Notes: generated by a model from the sequence alone, not told the origin. A stretch of DNA of 64,000 nt from an uncultured delta proteobacterium (GCA_963745035.1 CAVUVW010000005.1:64001-128000), one strand, 5' to 3'. Counted from the stretch's first letter, positions 1 to 10,824 are shown. Numbers and translations: made by a program.

Positions 1-328
1 CAGGCGCAGATTCGCGCGCAATTCGCCGAATCGATCGAAGCGGTGATCACCCAGACCTTGCTCAAGAAGAAAATCGGCGGACGGGCGGCGGCTTTGGAGA
101 TTACTCACCGGCACCACCGCGGTGCGCAACCTGATCCGCGAGGGCAAGATTCACCAGATTCCGGGCACCATGCAAGTCAGCCAGAAAGACGGCATGCAAA
201 CGATGGACATGGCGCTGACGAACCTTGTGACTCGTGGCATCGTGACCCGCGAAGAGGCTCAGTCCAAGAGCATGAACCCTAACCTTTTCGGCGCCGCCCC
301 CGCCGCCGCGGCGGTCGGAAGAGTCTGA
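1..328 (+). CDS. pilT: Type IV pilus retraction ATPase PilT, C-terminal part (5' truncated by window; +1 frameshift near 103)
   Basis: QAQIRAQFAESIEAVITQTLL..ALEI continues in another frame as LTGTTAVRNLIREGKIHQI...GMQTMD, the typical PilT C-terminus; directly upstream of pilU. Confidence 0.85.
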
Positions 329-340
329 TCACTAGGCTGC

Positions 341-1516
341 ATGGAAAGTCCGATCGACATCCAAGCTTTCTTCAAGACGATGGTCGAACTCGAGGCGTCG
401 GACTTGTATCTGACCGTGGCCCGGCCGCCGATGTATCGAGTCGACGGCAAGATCGAGGCGCGCGGCGAGCATTTGTTCAAGCCGGAGGATCTCAGGGAAC
501 TCGCCCACGGGATGCTGAATGAGAAGCAGCGCGGCGAATTCGCCCAAGCGCTGGAAATGAACATGGCGATGTCGCTGCCGGGGATTGCCCGATTCCGCGT
601 CAACATGTTTCAACAGCGCGGCTCGGTCGGCATGGTCATCCGGCGCATCAAGGCGGACGTGCTGTCGCTCGCGGAGATGGGGCTGCCGTCGATCCTTCAG
701 GATGTCGTCATGACCAAGCGCGGTTTGGTGCTGGTCGTCGGCGCCACCGGTTCGGGCAAATCGACTTCGTTGGCGGCCATGATCGACCATCGCAACGCCA
801 ACGAAGCGGGCCATATCATTACCATCGAAGATCCGATCGAGTTCGTCCACCGCCATAAGCAATCTGTGGTCACCCAGCGCGAGGTCGGTTTCGACACGCA
901 TTCGTTCCAGTCGGCGCTCAAAAACACCCTGCGCCAGGCGCCCGACGTGATCCTGATCGGCGAGATTCGCGACACCGAGACCATGGAGGCTGCGATCGTG
1001 TTCGCCGAAACCGGCCACCTGTGCCTCGGCACGCTCCATTCCAACAACGCCAATCAGGCGATCGAGCGCATCATGAACTTTTTCCCCAGCGAACGCCATG
1101 CGCAGATCTATTTGCAGCTTTCGCTCAATTTACGCGCGATTATCTCGCAGCGCCTGATCCCATCGCTCGACGGTAAACGCGTCGCCGCTCTGGAAATATT
1201 GATGGACACGCCGCGGCTGAAGGACCTCATCAAGAAGGGCGACGTCGACGCGCTCAAGGAAGGCATGGAGCAGGGCATCCAGGAAGGCTGCCAAACTTTT
1301 GACCAGGCGCTGTTTAGCTTGTACCGCGACAAGAAGATCGGCCTCGAGCAGGCATTGGCGAACGCGGACAGTGCCAATAACTTGAGACTGAAAATCAAGC
1401 TGGCGGGCTTAAAAGTGGACGAGGAGCCGATCGCGGAAGGAGAGAACGAAATATCTAATAATACGGCCAGACCCGGGCAACTTCAGGCTGCGGCGGGGTT
1501 TCGTCTGCGCAACTGA
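341..1516 (+). CDS. pilU: Type IV pilus twitching ATPase PilU
   Basis: ASDLYL, Walker A GATGSGKST, TIEDPIE, LRQAPDVILIGEIRD, GHLCLGTLHSNNANQAIERIMNFFP, ADSANNLRLKIKL (PilU-type). Confidence 0.92.
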   Translation: MESPIDIQAFFKTMVELEASDLYLTVARPPMYRVDGKIEARGEHLFKPEDLRELAHGMLNEKQRGEFAQALEMNMAMSLPGIARFRVNMFQQRGSVGMVIRRIKADVLSLAEMGLPSILQDVVMTKRGLVLVVGATGSGKSTSLAAMIDHRNANEAGHIITIEDPIEFVHRHKQSVVTQREVGFDTHSFQSALKNTLRQAPDVILIGEIRDTETMEAAIVFAETGHLCLGTLHSNNANQAIERIMNFFPSERHAQIYLQLSLNLRAIISQRLIPSLDGKRVAALEILMDTPRLKDLIKKGDVDALKEGMEQGIQEGCQTFDQALFSLYRDKKIGLEQALANADSANNLRLKIKLAGLKVDEEPIAEGENEISNNTARPGQLQAAAGFRLRN

Positions 1517-1690
1517 TTTCGGGGCGTATACTGCCTCGAATGCGCTTTCACGGCGACCCTCGCATGGATCCGATCATTGGCATTGCGGTCGCCAGCTGAC
1601 GTGAAGGTGCCAGTTAAATCAAGTTTGACGATTCGACAGGAGCCCATCAAGAGCTTGATTTCTCAGACGAAAATCCCAGACGATGCGGGC

Positions 1691-1733
1691 GGTTGTAAAT
1701 TTCCTTGACAACCCCATGGAGCCAGCGTAAAAA
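1691..1733 (+). promoter_or_regulatory. Putative sigma70 promoter with an inverted repeat over the -35
   Basis: TTGACA(1705-1710)-17 bp-TAAAAA(1728-1733); GGTTGTAAA...TTGACAACC imperfect palindrome at 1691-1713. Confidence 0.5.
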
Positions 1734-1762
1734 ACAGTTATAGAATTCAGACATCTATTTTA

Positions 1763-2383
1763 TTGTTGGGGGACTCCATGACGCTTGCTGAAACCGACAT
1801 TTTGCGCGTTCAAGGGGGGATGATGGTTGGCATGACGGGCTATGCGCAGCCTCTACGGGCGATCGGTCAAGCTTTAGAAGTCTTGAATATGCAGGACTTC
1901 GAGATGGAACCTGTGGGGAGCGACTTTTACATCCGGGGGATCCTGCCATCGACAACCAATAGAGTGCTCTTGGGTCGCGGATGCAGCGCGCAAGAGCTCC
2001 GCGCGATCTGGGGCGCGTTGCCGGGCGAAGGCAATGAATCGCCGGACAGGCAAGCGTGGAACAATCTAAGCCTGCTCTCGTCGGGGGTCGAGCTCTGCTA
2101 CACCGCGCAGGATATCGAGAGGTTAGAAGAAAACGGTCGCGCTCGGCGCGGACAAGCGCAGACATCGGCGGACGCCTACAGCCTCTCGCAGATCATGCGC
2201 TCGATCGGCGCGTATCTCAATCAAAAACGCGCCCGTCTATGCAAGCTCAGCCGTGAAGTCGACTGTGTGGTCGTCGAATACGAGACTTCGCTCGGCAGTC
2301 GAATGAAAGAAACCCTCGCCATTAAGGACCTTTACGATCTCTGGGTGAGAATGTACCTGCAGCGGGCCGAACGCGCGCACTGA
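1763..2383 (+). CDS. Hypothetical protein, paralog of 2536..3057 (true start may be 1778 or 1820-1832)
   Basis: 206-aa ORF; shares Y..DI.R.E..G..R, LSQI.R..GA...QK..RL, EYE and LYD.WV.MYL.R motifs with the next ORF. Confidence 0.8.
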   Translation: MLGDSMTLAETDILRVQGGMMVGMTGYAQPLRAIGQALEVLNMQDFEMEPVGSDFYIRGILPSTTNRVLLGRGCSAQELRAIWGALPGEGNESPDRQAWNNLSLLSSGVELCYTAQDIERLEENGRARRGQAQTSADAYSLSQIMRSIGAYLNQKRARLCKLSREVDCVVVEYETSLGSRMKETLAIKDLYDLWVRMYLQRAERAH

Positions 2384-2535
2384 AAAAGGCGCCGCGTCTT
2401 TCTTGCCTCAACGCTGCCTGACCGGGATAAATCTACGCCTCTGGCTGCACCCGTGCAAAAAATTCAACCTGCGCAGTCGCGACCGACCCCCGTCTGACGA
2501 GCGCGCCGGTTTATTTTCCTGTATAGTTGCTGATC

Positions 2536-3057
2536 ATGTCCACGGATTTCAGCTTCTCCCAGCTTCTCCGTCCGGTCGGCCAGATGCTGGAGCCGCTGCA
2601 GATCGAATCTTTTTCTCTCAAAGTCGAAGACGGCGGAGTGGCCGTCTTCGCGGACAAGCGCGAAACCCCTCAGCGGGCGCAGAATGTGTCGCTCAAGGTG
2701 AGCTGGCAGATTTTCCGGCGCAAGAAAGCCGAAACCGCGCCTGAGCCCCAGCCCTCGTCGGGCTCATTGGAAATCCATTACAGCCATGACGATATCGCGC
2801 GCATGGAGACCGAAGGGCAAGGCAAGCGGACCGGAGCGCCCGGCAGCCCCGAGGCACACACGCTGTCGCAGATCCTGCGCGCCGTCGGGGCTTTCGTCGA
2901 TCAGAAGCAGGGGCGCCTTCTGAGCGTGGTCAAAGACGGGCAGGAGATCACCATCGAATACGAATCCGCGTTGAAGCGCGCGCTCACCGAAAAGTTTACA
3001 GTCGCGTCGTTGTACGATTACTGGGTGAAAATGTACCTGCGGCGGCGCGACCGTTAG
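2536..3057 (+). CDS. Hypothetical protein, paralog of 1763..2383
   Basis: Same motifs as the upstream ORF. Confidence 0.8.
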   Translation: MSTDFSFSQLLRPVGQMLEPLQIESFSLKVEDGGVAVFADKRETPQRAQNVSLKVSWQIFRRKKAETAPEPQPSSGSLEIHYSHDDIARMETEGQGKRTGAPGSPEAHTLSQILRAVGAFVDQKQGRLLSVVKDGQEITIEYESALKRALTEKFTVASLYDYWVKMYLRRRDR

Positions 3058-3128
3058 CCAATCCACGACGATAGAATACCTCGCCGAAAAATTCCCTGCC
3101 CCTCACTGTTGACCGCAGGTTGTTCAGG

Positions 3129-3464
3129 TCAAATCTTTAACAGAATCCACGCCGTAACAAACGTTCCGACGATCGCTCCGCCGTAGCACAGCACGGCGAG
3201 AAGTTTATTGATTGCTTTGAGCCCGGCGTCATTGAGAGTAAAGTAGAAGCGATGAGCCCAGTGATAGAGGGGAAGAACGATCAGGACAAAGAGATAAAGC
3301 TTTACCCACCACAGGCGGTACAACTCTCCGGTGTCAGCAGTCCAGCCGAGCGGCACGGCGAAGCCAACTAAAATGATGTGAATGGGAACCAAAAATGCGG
3401 CTACTACGCCACCGGCGGAGAAGAGCCCCCACCAGAGAGGTTCGATGGTTTTTTCTGTCGCCAT
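3129..3464 (-). CDS. frdD: Fumarate reductase subunit D (membrane anchor)
   Basis: EPLWWGLFSAGG and LPLYHWAHR motifs; three hydrophobic segments; operon position. Confidence 0.9.
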   Translation of the reverse strand: MATEKTIEPLWWGLFSAGGVVAAFLVPIHIILVGFAVPLGWTADTGELYRLWWVKLYLFVLIVLPLYHWAHRFYFTLNDAGLKAINKLLAVLCYGGAIVGTFVTAWILLKI

Positions 3465-3468
3465 AATT

Positions 3469-3882
3469 TCAGCTCTTAAGCGCGAGGAATAAAACTAGCA
3501 CGATCACCGAGACCACCACCCAGGCGCCAACGTGTAGCGCCGTAACGACCGGCCGGGAAATTAAACGCTCACCGATGCGCAGCGGCAGGACAACGGCGCT
3601 CGACTGAAACCACGTAAAGCTGTGGTACAGCGCGAACAGCAGCGCCACCAAGTGGAAAAGAATCCAGCCTGGCGAACTGAGCTTTTGCGCGAAAGCGCGA
3701 TACGCGTCGGGTCCCTGCGACAACTGATAGAGCTGACAAAGGTAGACAACCAGAAAGACGGCGATAAAGACACTTGAAAGCTCACGCAGCATGAACAGAA
3801 AATAGCTCTGTTGCGTCAGCCACCAAGTCGCCGGCATCTTGCGATGATAAAGCTTGGATGCGTCCGGGCGCACGGCGCTCAT
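3469..3882 (-). CDS. frdC: Fumarate reductase subunit C (membrane anchor)
   Basis: YHRKMPATWW..YFLFMLRE..LYHSFTWF motif of FrdC. Confidence 0.9.
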   Translation of the reverse strand: MSAVRPDASKLYHRKMPATWWLTQQSYFLFMLRELSSVFIAVFLVVYLCQLYQLSQGPDAYRAFAQKLSSPGWILFHLVALLFALYHSFTWFQSSAVVLPLRIGERLISRPVVTALHVGAWVVVSVIVLVLFLALKS

Positions 3883-3925
3883 CCTTCGATCCTCCTCAGG
3901 ATGACCCTGAGCTTGGTCGAACGGG
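3883..3925. repeat. REP-like palindrome between frdB and frdC
   Basis: CCTTCGATC.CTCAGG-ATGA-CCCTGAGCTTGGTCGAACGGG imperfect hairpin of the CCCTGAGCTTGTCGAAGGG type. Confidence 0.5.
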
Positions 3926-4669
3926 TCATCGTTGCCCCCAGGGCATCAGGAATGATTGAAACCAGTTTTTGGTAGTGTCCACTTTGGAGCGCTGGATCGC
4001 CGCGGCCGGATCCACATGCTTGGGACAAACGACGCTGCATTCCCCGACAAATGTGCAGTCCCAGATGCCATCGTGGTTGCCGATGATTTCGCGTTGGTCC
4101 TTGCCCTGGTCGCGCGAGTCCATGTTATAGCGGTAGCCGAGCGCGATGGCGGCGGGTCCCAAAAACTTCGGCTCAAGCCCGTAAACCGGGCAGGCCGCGT
4201 AACAGAGCATGCAATTGATACACTGGGTGAACTGATGGAACGCCTCGAGTTCGGCCGGCGTTTGTAAATATTCACCTTCACTGACAGGCTTCTCTTCCTT
4301 GCGTATGATCCAGGGTTTAACGCTCTTCAGTTTGTCCATGAAGTCGGTCATATCGATGACCAGATCGCGGATGATCGGAAAGTTGACGAGGGGCTCTACC
4401 CGAATTTCCTGGGGGTAATAGTCACGAAGGAACGCCGCGCAGGTGAGTTTTGGCGTGCCATTCACCATCATGCCGCAACTGCCGCACACTCCCATACGAC
4501 AAGACCAGCGATAGCTCAGAGTTCCGTCCATCTGATCCTTGATGTGATTCAACGCATCGAGAACGACCCAGTCCTCCCGGTAAGGGACGACGTAGGCTTG
4601 CGAGGTCGGCTCCCGATCTTTTCCGGGGCGGTAGCGAGTAACGTTCAATGTGATAGTTGGCTCTGCCAT
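3926..4669 (-). CDS. frdB: Fumarate reductase iron-sulfur subunit
   Basis: [26 protein letters not shown] and [13 protein letters not shown] cysteine motifs. Confidence 0.95.
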   Translation of the reverse strand: MAEPTITLNVTRYRPGKDREPTSQAYVVPYREDWVVLDALNHIKDQMDGTLSYRWSCRMGVCGSCGMMVNGTPKLTCAAFLRDYYPQEIRVEPLVNFPIIRDLVIDMTDFMDKLKSVKPWIIRKEEKPVSEGEYLQTPAELEAFHQFTQCINCMLCYAACPVYGLEPKFLGPAAIALGYRYNMDSRDQGKDQREIIGNHDGIWDCTFVGECSVVCPKHVDPAAAIQRSKVDTTKNWFQSFLMPWGQR

Positions 4670-4738
4670 TGTCTCCTCTTGGAATTTAGCACTGCGCGTC
4701 CGCTGATTGGTTCGCGCCCGGCGCTCAGGCCGCGTGGT

Positions 4739-6469
4739 TTAATACTTGCGCTCCTCCGGCTGCCAGCGGGTAATCGTCACTGGCAGGTATTCGATTCTCG
4801 GGCCATCGGGCGTTCGGTAGGCAACAGTATGTTTCAGAAAGTTTGCGTCGTCCCGTTTCGGAAAGTCCGTCCGAGTATGAGAACCGCGCGACTCCCTGCG
4901 CTTGAGCGCGGAATTTGCGACGGTCTCGGCCACGTCGAGCATGTAGTCCAGCTCGAGCGCGTTCATCACTTCGGTGTTGAACGTGCTGTCTCGATCTTCG
5001 ACGATGATGTTCTTAAAACGCTCGCGCAGAGATCTCAGCGCGTTGCAAGTCTTCTCCATGCTCTGTTCTTCGCGATAGATTCCTGCGCCTTCCTCCATGG
5101 TTTTTTGCATCTCTTGGCGAATCGTAGCGATTTTTTCCTTGCCGCCGTCCTTCTTCAAGAACTCGCGATCGAGACGCTTTTGTTCGTCGGCCGCGAGCGC
5201 TTCGATTTTTGCCGAGGCGGGCGCCGAAGCGGCGGAGGCATAGGTCGCTGCAGAGCGGCCTGCCCGATTGCCAAAGACCAATAGCTCGGTCAGAGAGTTG
5301 GAACCCAAACGGTTAGCGCCGTTAAGCGAAACGCACGCGGTTTCACCCGCGGCGTAGAGTCCTTGGATCGCCGTTTTAGCGTTGATATCCGTCGAGATGC
5401 CTCCCATCATGTAATGCACCACCGGGCGCACCGGAATGGGCTCATGAACCGGGTCGATGCCGACGTACTTGCTCGCTAGCTCTCGGACAAAGGGCAGTTT
5501 CTTGTCGATCACTTCCTCGCCCAAGTGGCGCAGGTCGAGATGCACATAATGGCCGTAGGGACCCTCGAAGGTGCGGCCTTTGGCGAATTCCTGCATATGA
5601 CAACGCGATAGAATGTCACGCGGCCCGAGCTCCATTTTGCGGTGCGTGGGCGTATCGGTCGGCGGGCCGAGTCCGTAGTCTTGGAGATAGCGGTAGCCGT
5701 CTTTGTTCCTCAGCCATCCGCCTTCACCGCGCGATGCTTCGGTAATCAAGATGCCGGTTCCCGGCAATCCCGTGGGATGGTACTGGACGAACTCCATGTC
5801 TTTGAGCGGCACTCCGGCGCGATAGGCTGCCGCCATGCCATCGCCGGTGTTGATCGCGGCGTTGGTGGTGAAAGGGAAGATGCGGCCTCCTCCTCCCGTA
5901 CATAGGATAACGCTTTTGCCGGCGATGACTTCCACTTTGCCGGTATAAAGATTGATCGATGTGACCCCGCACACTTTGCCGTCGTCGACCAACAACGAAG
6001 TGAGGAAACACTCATCGTAGCGGACGATGCTCTCGTACTTCAGGGAAGTCTGGAAGAGGCTGTGGAGCAAGTGAAAGCCGGTTTTGTCCGCGGCAAAAAG
6101 CGTGCGATCGACGCTCATGCCGCCGAAGGACCTGACGCTTACACGACCGTCAGGATCGCGGCTCCACGGGCAACCCCAGTGCTCCAATTGGATAAGTTCG
6201 CCAGGAGCTTCTTGGACAAAAGCCTCGACCGCATCTTGGTCCGCCAGGAAGTCCGCACCAAAAATAGTGTCCTTTGCATGGAGATCGAGGCTATCGAAGT
6301 CGCGCATGACTGCCGCGGTTCCCCCTTCCGCGGAAACCGTGTGACTTCTCATCGGATAAACCTTGGAGACTAGTGCGATCGATAGCTTATTCGATATCTC
6401 TGCTGCGGCTATGGCGGCACGCAGGCCGGCACCTCCGCCGCCAACGATTACGATGTCATGGGTAAACAT
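4739..6469 (-). CDS. frdA: Fumarate reductase flavoprotein subunit
   Basis: [17 protein letters not shown] (covalent FAD His), [31 protein letters not shown]. Confidence 0.95.
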   Translation of the reverse strand: MFTHDIVIVGGGGAGLRAAIAAAEISNKLSIALVSKVYPMRSHTVSAEGGTAAVMRDFDSLDLHAKDTIFGADFLADQDAVEAFVQEAPGELIQLEHWGCPWSRDPDGRVSVRSFGGMSVDRTLFAADKTGFHLLHSLFQTSLKYESIVRYDECFLTSLLVDDGKVCGVTSINLYTGKVEVIAGKSVILCTGGGGRIFPFTTNAAINTGDGMAAAYRAGVPLKDMEFVQYHPTGLPGTGILITEASRGEGGWLRNKDGYRYLQDYGLGPPTDTPTHRKMELGPRDILSRCHMQEFAKGRTFEGPYGHYVHLDLRHLGEEVIDKKLPFVRELASKYVGIDPVHEPIPVRPVVHYMMGGISTDINAKTAIQGLYAAGETACVSLNGANRLGSNSLTELLVFGNRAGRSAATYASAASAPASAKIEALAADEQKRLDREFLKKDGGKEKIATIRQEMQKTMEEGAGIYREEQSMEKTCNALRSLRERFKNIIVEDRDSTFNTEVMNALELDYMLDVAETVANSALKRRESRGSHTRTDFPKRDDANFLKHTVAYRTPDGPRIEYLPVTITRWQPEERKY

Positions 6470-6622
6470 TTCGAGTTGTATTATATGCTGACCCGCTAGG
6501 TGTCAAGGCAGTGATTCGATTAGAGAACAATTTTCCATTCGTACGGTCAAGCGGGATCTTGGCTGCACGAACTACTCTGTCGATCTTTCTTGGAGACGCA
6601 AAGAAAATAGTAAGAATCGGTC

Positions 6623-6954
6623 TTACTTTGCCGGCTGAGCACTGGCTTCTTTGGCCCGGTCTGCGGCTTCGAGCTTCATGTACTGCTCGACGATCTGCGG
6701 CACATCCGCTTTCGTTACTTTCATATACCAGAGCCCTTCGGGCCAAATCATCATATTGGGGCCGAAAGCGCAGACGTCCAGACAGCCCGACCTGACCATG
6801 CGAATCTTGCCTTTTAGGTTGCGTGCTTTGGTGACTTTGCGCAGCTCTTCGACAACCTCTTCGAGCCACTGTAGCCGCATGATGGGCTTTCGCCGTTCCG
6901 ATTGTTGACGCAGACATGAATTTGTCGGACATATGGCTGCGTCCGTTGAATCAT
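6623..6954 (-). CDS. Thioredoxin-like [2Fe-2S] ferredoxin (frameshift near 6862)
   Basis: MIQRTQPYVRQIHVCVNNRNGESPSCG reads from 6954 in one frame; EEVVEELRK...RSGCLDVCAFGPNMMIWPEGLWY in another; four ligand Cys once joined. Confidence 0.85.
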
Positions 6955-7118
6955 GAATTCTCCCTTCGCATGATAGAATCATTGAGTTTATAACAAAAAA
7001 AATAATGGTTTGCACGCGTGCCCTTGGCAGCAAACCACACACTCGGCGGACTCATGTCGAAGCCGACTCCGACTTCTGTTTTCGTTTCCCTCTCCCATTA
7101 TGATAACAAATCAATCCT

Positions 7119-7802
7119 ATGAGAGCTCTCGACGAGCTACACCGCAATATAACGAACTGCCGCCGTTGTCCGCGCCTCGTCCGCTGGCGCGAGGTGTCGG
7201 CAAAGAAGCCGCCGCGCCGGTATGTTGGGCAGGACTACTGGGCCAAGCCGCTCGCCGGCTTCGGCGATCCGAACGCGCGGCTCTTGATCGTCGGTTTGGC
7301 GCCGGCGGCGCACGGCGGCAATCGCACCGGCCGGATGTTCACCGGCGACCGCAGCGGTGATTGGCTCTACGGCGCGCTCCATGCCGCCGGCTTTGCCAAT
7401 CAAGCCAACTCGGAACGGCGCGACGACGGCTTAAAGCTCCGCGACTGCTACATCACGGCGGCGGTGCATTGCGCGCCGCCTGCCAACAAGCCCGCGTTGG
7501 TCGAATTTCGGCGCTGCCGGCCGTTCCTAGTACAGGAGCTGAAACTTTTTGGGGAAGCGCGGGTGGTGATCGTCCTCGGCAAGATCGCTTTCGATTCCTT
7601 CTTGGCTGCGCATCAGGAAAACGGCGGCGTCGTGCCCAAGCCGCGGCCGAAGTTCGGCCACGGCGTAAGCGTGCTGTTGCCGGATAACGTCCGACTGATC
7701 TGCTCGTATCATCCAAGCCAGCAAAACACGTTCACCGGCAAGCTCACGCGGCCCATGTTCCAGAGCATCTTCGATCAAGCGCGCGCCGCGCTGGACGGCT
7801 GA
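7119..7802 (+). CDS. udgB: Uracil-DNA glycosylase family 5 (UdgB-like, Fe-S)
   Basis: CRRCPRL, GLAPAAHGGNRTGRMFTGDRSG, HPSQQN. Confidence 0.9.
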   Translation: MRALDELHRNITNCRRCPRLVRWREVSAKKPPRRYVGQDYWAKPLAGFGDPNARLLIVGLAPAAHGGNRTGRMFTGDRSGDWLYGALHAAGFANQANSERRDDGLKLRDCYITAAVHCAPPANKPALVEFRRCRPFLVQELKLFGEARVVIVLGKIAFDSFLAAHQENGGVVPKPRPKFGHGVSVLLPDNVRLICSYHPSQQNTFTGKLTRPMFQSIFDQARAALDG

Positions 7803-7889
7803 TCTCGCTACGGGTAAGATTTTAAAAGTACAAAAGCAAAAATTAAAAGAGGCAAGAGAAAAAACTTGCGGCGATGTTCGGGGGATTTC

Positions 7890-10769
7890 ATGGCCACAGG
7901 CAGGGACTATTTCGAGATCGAGGCGGAGCTCAAGAAGCGGATCGAAGGCGATATTCGCTTCGACCGTTATTCGCGCCTGCTCTATTCGACCGACGCGTCG
8001 ATTTATCAGATCGAGCCGATCGGCGTGGTCGTGCCGCGCCACAAGGGCGACGTTCAGGCGGCCATCGAGATCGCCAATAAACTTGGCGTGACCTTGTTGC
8101 CGCGCGGCGGCGGAACCTCCCTTGCCGGGCAGGCGGTCGGACATTCGATCGTGCTCGATTTTTCCAAGTACATGCAGAACGTCCTGGAGGTCAATCGTGA
8201 AGAGCTGTGGTGCCGCGTGCAGCCGGGCTTGGTCCAAGATGAGTTGAATGCTCATGTCCGTGGGATGGGATTGCAGTTTGGTCCCGACACCTCGACTTCG
8301 AACCGAGCCACCATCGGCGGCATGATCGGCAACAATTCCGCCGGCGCCCATTCGCTGACTTACGGCAAAACGCTGGACCACGTCATCGAGTTGACCGTGC
8401 TGCTCGCAGACGGCAGTGAAGTGGTGTTGAAGGATGTCGCGCCGGACGAGGTCGAAAGGAAAAGCCGCGCCGATAGCATCGAGGGCCGCGCTTATCGCGA
8501 GGTGTTTCGGCTGGCGCAGCAGCACAAGAGCGAGATCCTGTCGCGCTATCCAAAAATCATGCGGCGCGTGTCCGGGTATAATTTGGACGAATTCATTAAG
8601 CCCCAACGGTTCAACCTATCGCGCATGCTGGTGGGTTCCGAGGGTACCTTGGCGACCGTCGTCGAGGCCAAGATGCGCTTGGTCCCCAAGCCCAAATGGA
8701 CAGCGATGGATGTCATTCACTTCAACGACGACATCGAAGCACTGGAAGCATCGCAGGCGATTCTCGAAACGGCGCCCTACGCGTTGGAGTCCACCGACAA
8801 GATGATTCTCAACCTGGCACGGGGGAACATCGTGCAATCGCAGCGTTTGGGGTTTGTGCAAGGAAACCCCAGTTCTCTACTGATGGTCGAGTATGCCGGC
8901 GAGACCGAAAAAGAAGTGAGGGAGCAAGTCGAAAGACTCGAAGAAGTGCGTAGGCGCGAGAAGATCGGCTACGCCTCTACGCTTGCGTTTAGTCCGGAGG
9001 AGGTCAAGTCGATCTGGGGCGTGCGCAAGGCAGGACTGGGGTTGTTGCTTGGCACCACGGGCGACAAGAAGCCGATTGCTTTCGTCGAGGATGCTGCGGT
9101 GGCGCCGGCAAAATTGCCGGAATTTATTCGGCGCTTCCGAGAAATCGTTTCACGCCATGATACGGTCGCGGGCTACTATGGCCACTGCTCGGTGGGCTGC
9201 ATGCATATCCGGCCGCTGATCAATCTGAAAGAGATTAGTGAAAAAGCCAAAATGGTATCGATCGCCAATGAGATTTGCGATCTGGTGCTGGAATTCGACG
9301 GCGCCATGTCCGGCGAGCATGGCGACGGATTGGCGCGCAGCCACTTCAACGCGAAGTTATTCGGTCCGGCGCTCTACGACGCGTTCCGCCAAATCAAGCG
9401 CGCCTTCGATCCGAAAAATCTCATGAACCCCGGAAAAATTGTCGATTCGCCGGCGATGACCGAGTCGCTCAAGATCAGCCCGCAATACAAAGCATGGGAG
9501 CCGACCACTACCCTGAATTTTAGCGAGCAGGGCGGTTTCGCGCGCGCCGTGGAGATGTGCAGCGGTATGGGCGAATGCCGCAAAAAACTCGACGGCACCA
9601 TGTGTCCGTCGTACATGGGAACTCTCGACGAAGAACACTCGACTCGCGGCCGCGCCAACGCGCTCAGAAACGCGATTTCGGGCAGAGCTCCTGAGCAGGA
9701 ATTCACCGGCAAGCGCCTTTATGAAGTGATGGATCTCTGCCTGGAGTGCAAAGCCTGTAAGGCGGAGTGTCCCTCCAACGTCGATATGGCGAAGCTCAAG
9801 TACGAGTTTCTCGATCACTATCACCGCGCCAACGGCTTGCCGCTGCGCAACAGGATTTTCGGCAGGATCGAGAGCTTGAATCGCGTCGGTGCCAAACTGG
9901 CGCCGGTATCGAACTGGGTGGTTCGTTCGCCTGTTAACCGATGGTTGATGGAACTGTTCGCCGGAGTTGATCGGCGCCGCCCTCTGCCGCAGTTTGCCCA
10001 GGAAACTTTCGAAGACTGGTTCCGCAAATACAAAGCGGAAGGGGATGGGTCCAAGGGTGACGTGGTTTTGTTTCACGACACCTTCAATAATTACAACACC
10101 CCTAATGTTGCGACAGCGGCAACACGTTTTCTGGAGAAATCGGGTTATCGCGTGCTGCTCGTCGATAAGAAATGCTGCGGCCGGCCGATGATTTCCAAAG
10201 GCATGCTCAGCCAAGCCAAGGAAAACGCCGCATGGAATGTCGACAAACTGGCGGTGTACGCCGAGAAAGGAACGCCGATCGTCGGACTGGAGCCGTCCTG
10301 CTTGCTCACCTTACGCGACGAGTATCCCGAGTTCATCCGCACGAGCGCAGCGAAGAAAGTGGCCGAAAACAGCTTCCTCTTGGAAGAGTTTGTCATGCGT
10401 GAACGCCGACAGGGTAGATTTACTCTTAATGCAAACGCCAACGGCAAAAAAGCGCTGCTGCATGGGCATTGCCATCAAAAGGCGCTTGTCGGCACGGCGC
10501 CGACCATTGCGATGCTAAAAGCGGCCGGCTACGAGGTGAGCGAAGTCGACTCGGGTTGCTGCGGCATGGCCGGCTCATTCGGCTTTGAGAAAGAGCATTA
10601 CGATCTCTCGACAAAAATCGCCACCCGCCGTTTGGTGCCGGCTATTCAAGCGTCAGGGCAGGAAATCGAAATTGTCGCGCCTGGAATTTCCTGCAGACAG
10701 CAGATTGATCATCTGGCGGGAAGAAAAGCCAGGCATCCAGCGGAGCTGATGTTGGAAGCAATCAGCTGA
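7890..10769 (+). CDS. FAD-linked oxidase / Fe-S / CCG-domain 2-hydroxyacid dehydrogenase (YdiJ-like, GlcD-GlcF fusion)
   Basis: YSTDASIYQ, RGGGTSLAGQ, GEHGDGLAR, CLECKACKAECPSNVD, CCGRP, HGHCHQK, CCGMAGSFG. Confidence 0.9.
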   Translation: MATGRDYFEIEAELKKRIEGDIRFDRYSRLLYSTDASIYQIEPIGVVVPRHKGDVQAAIEIANKLGVTLLPRGGGTSLAGQAVGHSIVLDFSKYMQNVLEVNREELWCRVQPGLVQDELNAHVRGMGLQFGPDTSTSNRATIGGMIGNNSAGAHSLTYGKTLDHVIELTVLLADGSEVVLKDVAPDEVERKSRADSIEGRAYREVFRLAQQHKSEILSRYPKIMRRVSGYNLDEFIKPQRFNLSRMLVGSEGTLATVVEAKMRLVPKPKWTAMDVIHFNDDIEALEASQAILETAPYALESTDKMILNLARGNIVQSQRLGFVQGNPSSLLMVEYAGETEKEVREQVERLEEVRRREKIGYASTLAFSPEEVKSIWGVRKAGLGLLLGTTGDKKPIAFVEDAAVAPAKLPEFIRRFREIVSRHDTVAGYYGHCSVGCMHIRPLINLKEISEKAKMVSIANEICDLVLEFDGAMSGEHGDGLARSHFNAKLFGPALYDAFRQIKRAFDPKNLMNPGKIVDSPAMTESLKISPQYKAWEPTTTLNFSEQGGFARAVEMCSGMGECRKKLDGTMCPSYMGTLDEEHSTRGRANALRNAISGRAPEQEFTGKRLYEVMDLCLECKACKAECPSNVDMAKLKYEFLDHYHRANGLPLRNRIFGRIESLNRVGAKLAPVSNWVVRSPVNRWLMELFAGVDRRRPLPQFAQETFEDWFRKYKAEGDGSKGDVVLFHDTFNNYNTPNVATAATRFLEKSGYRVLLVDKKCCGRPMISKGMLSQAKENAAWNVDKLAVYAEKGTPIVGLEPSCLLTLRDEYPEFIRTSAAKKVAENSFLLEEFVMRERRQGRFTLNANANGKKALLHGHCHQKALVGTAPTIAMLKAAGYEVSEVDSGCCGMAGSFGFEKEHYDLSTKIATRRLVPAIQASGQEIEIVAPGISCRQQIDHLAGRKARHPAELMLEAIS

Positions 10770-10824
10770 ACGGTTTTGAAGTGTTGATCTACTTTGGTCC
10801 GTTACGGCACGTAGCTACGCTTCC

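Noticed and set aside
7815-7865. A-rich heptamer-like tract (AAAAGTA CAAAAGC AAAAATT AAAAGAG)
   Set aside because: It is short and degenerate; probably a low-complexity intergenic repeat with no supportable function.
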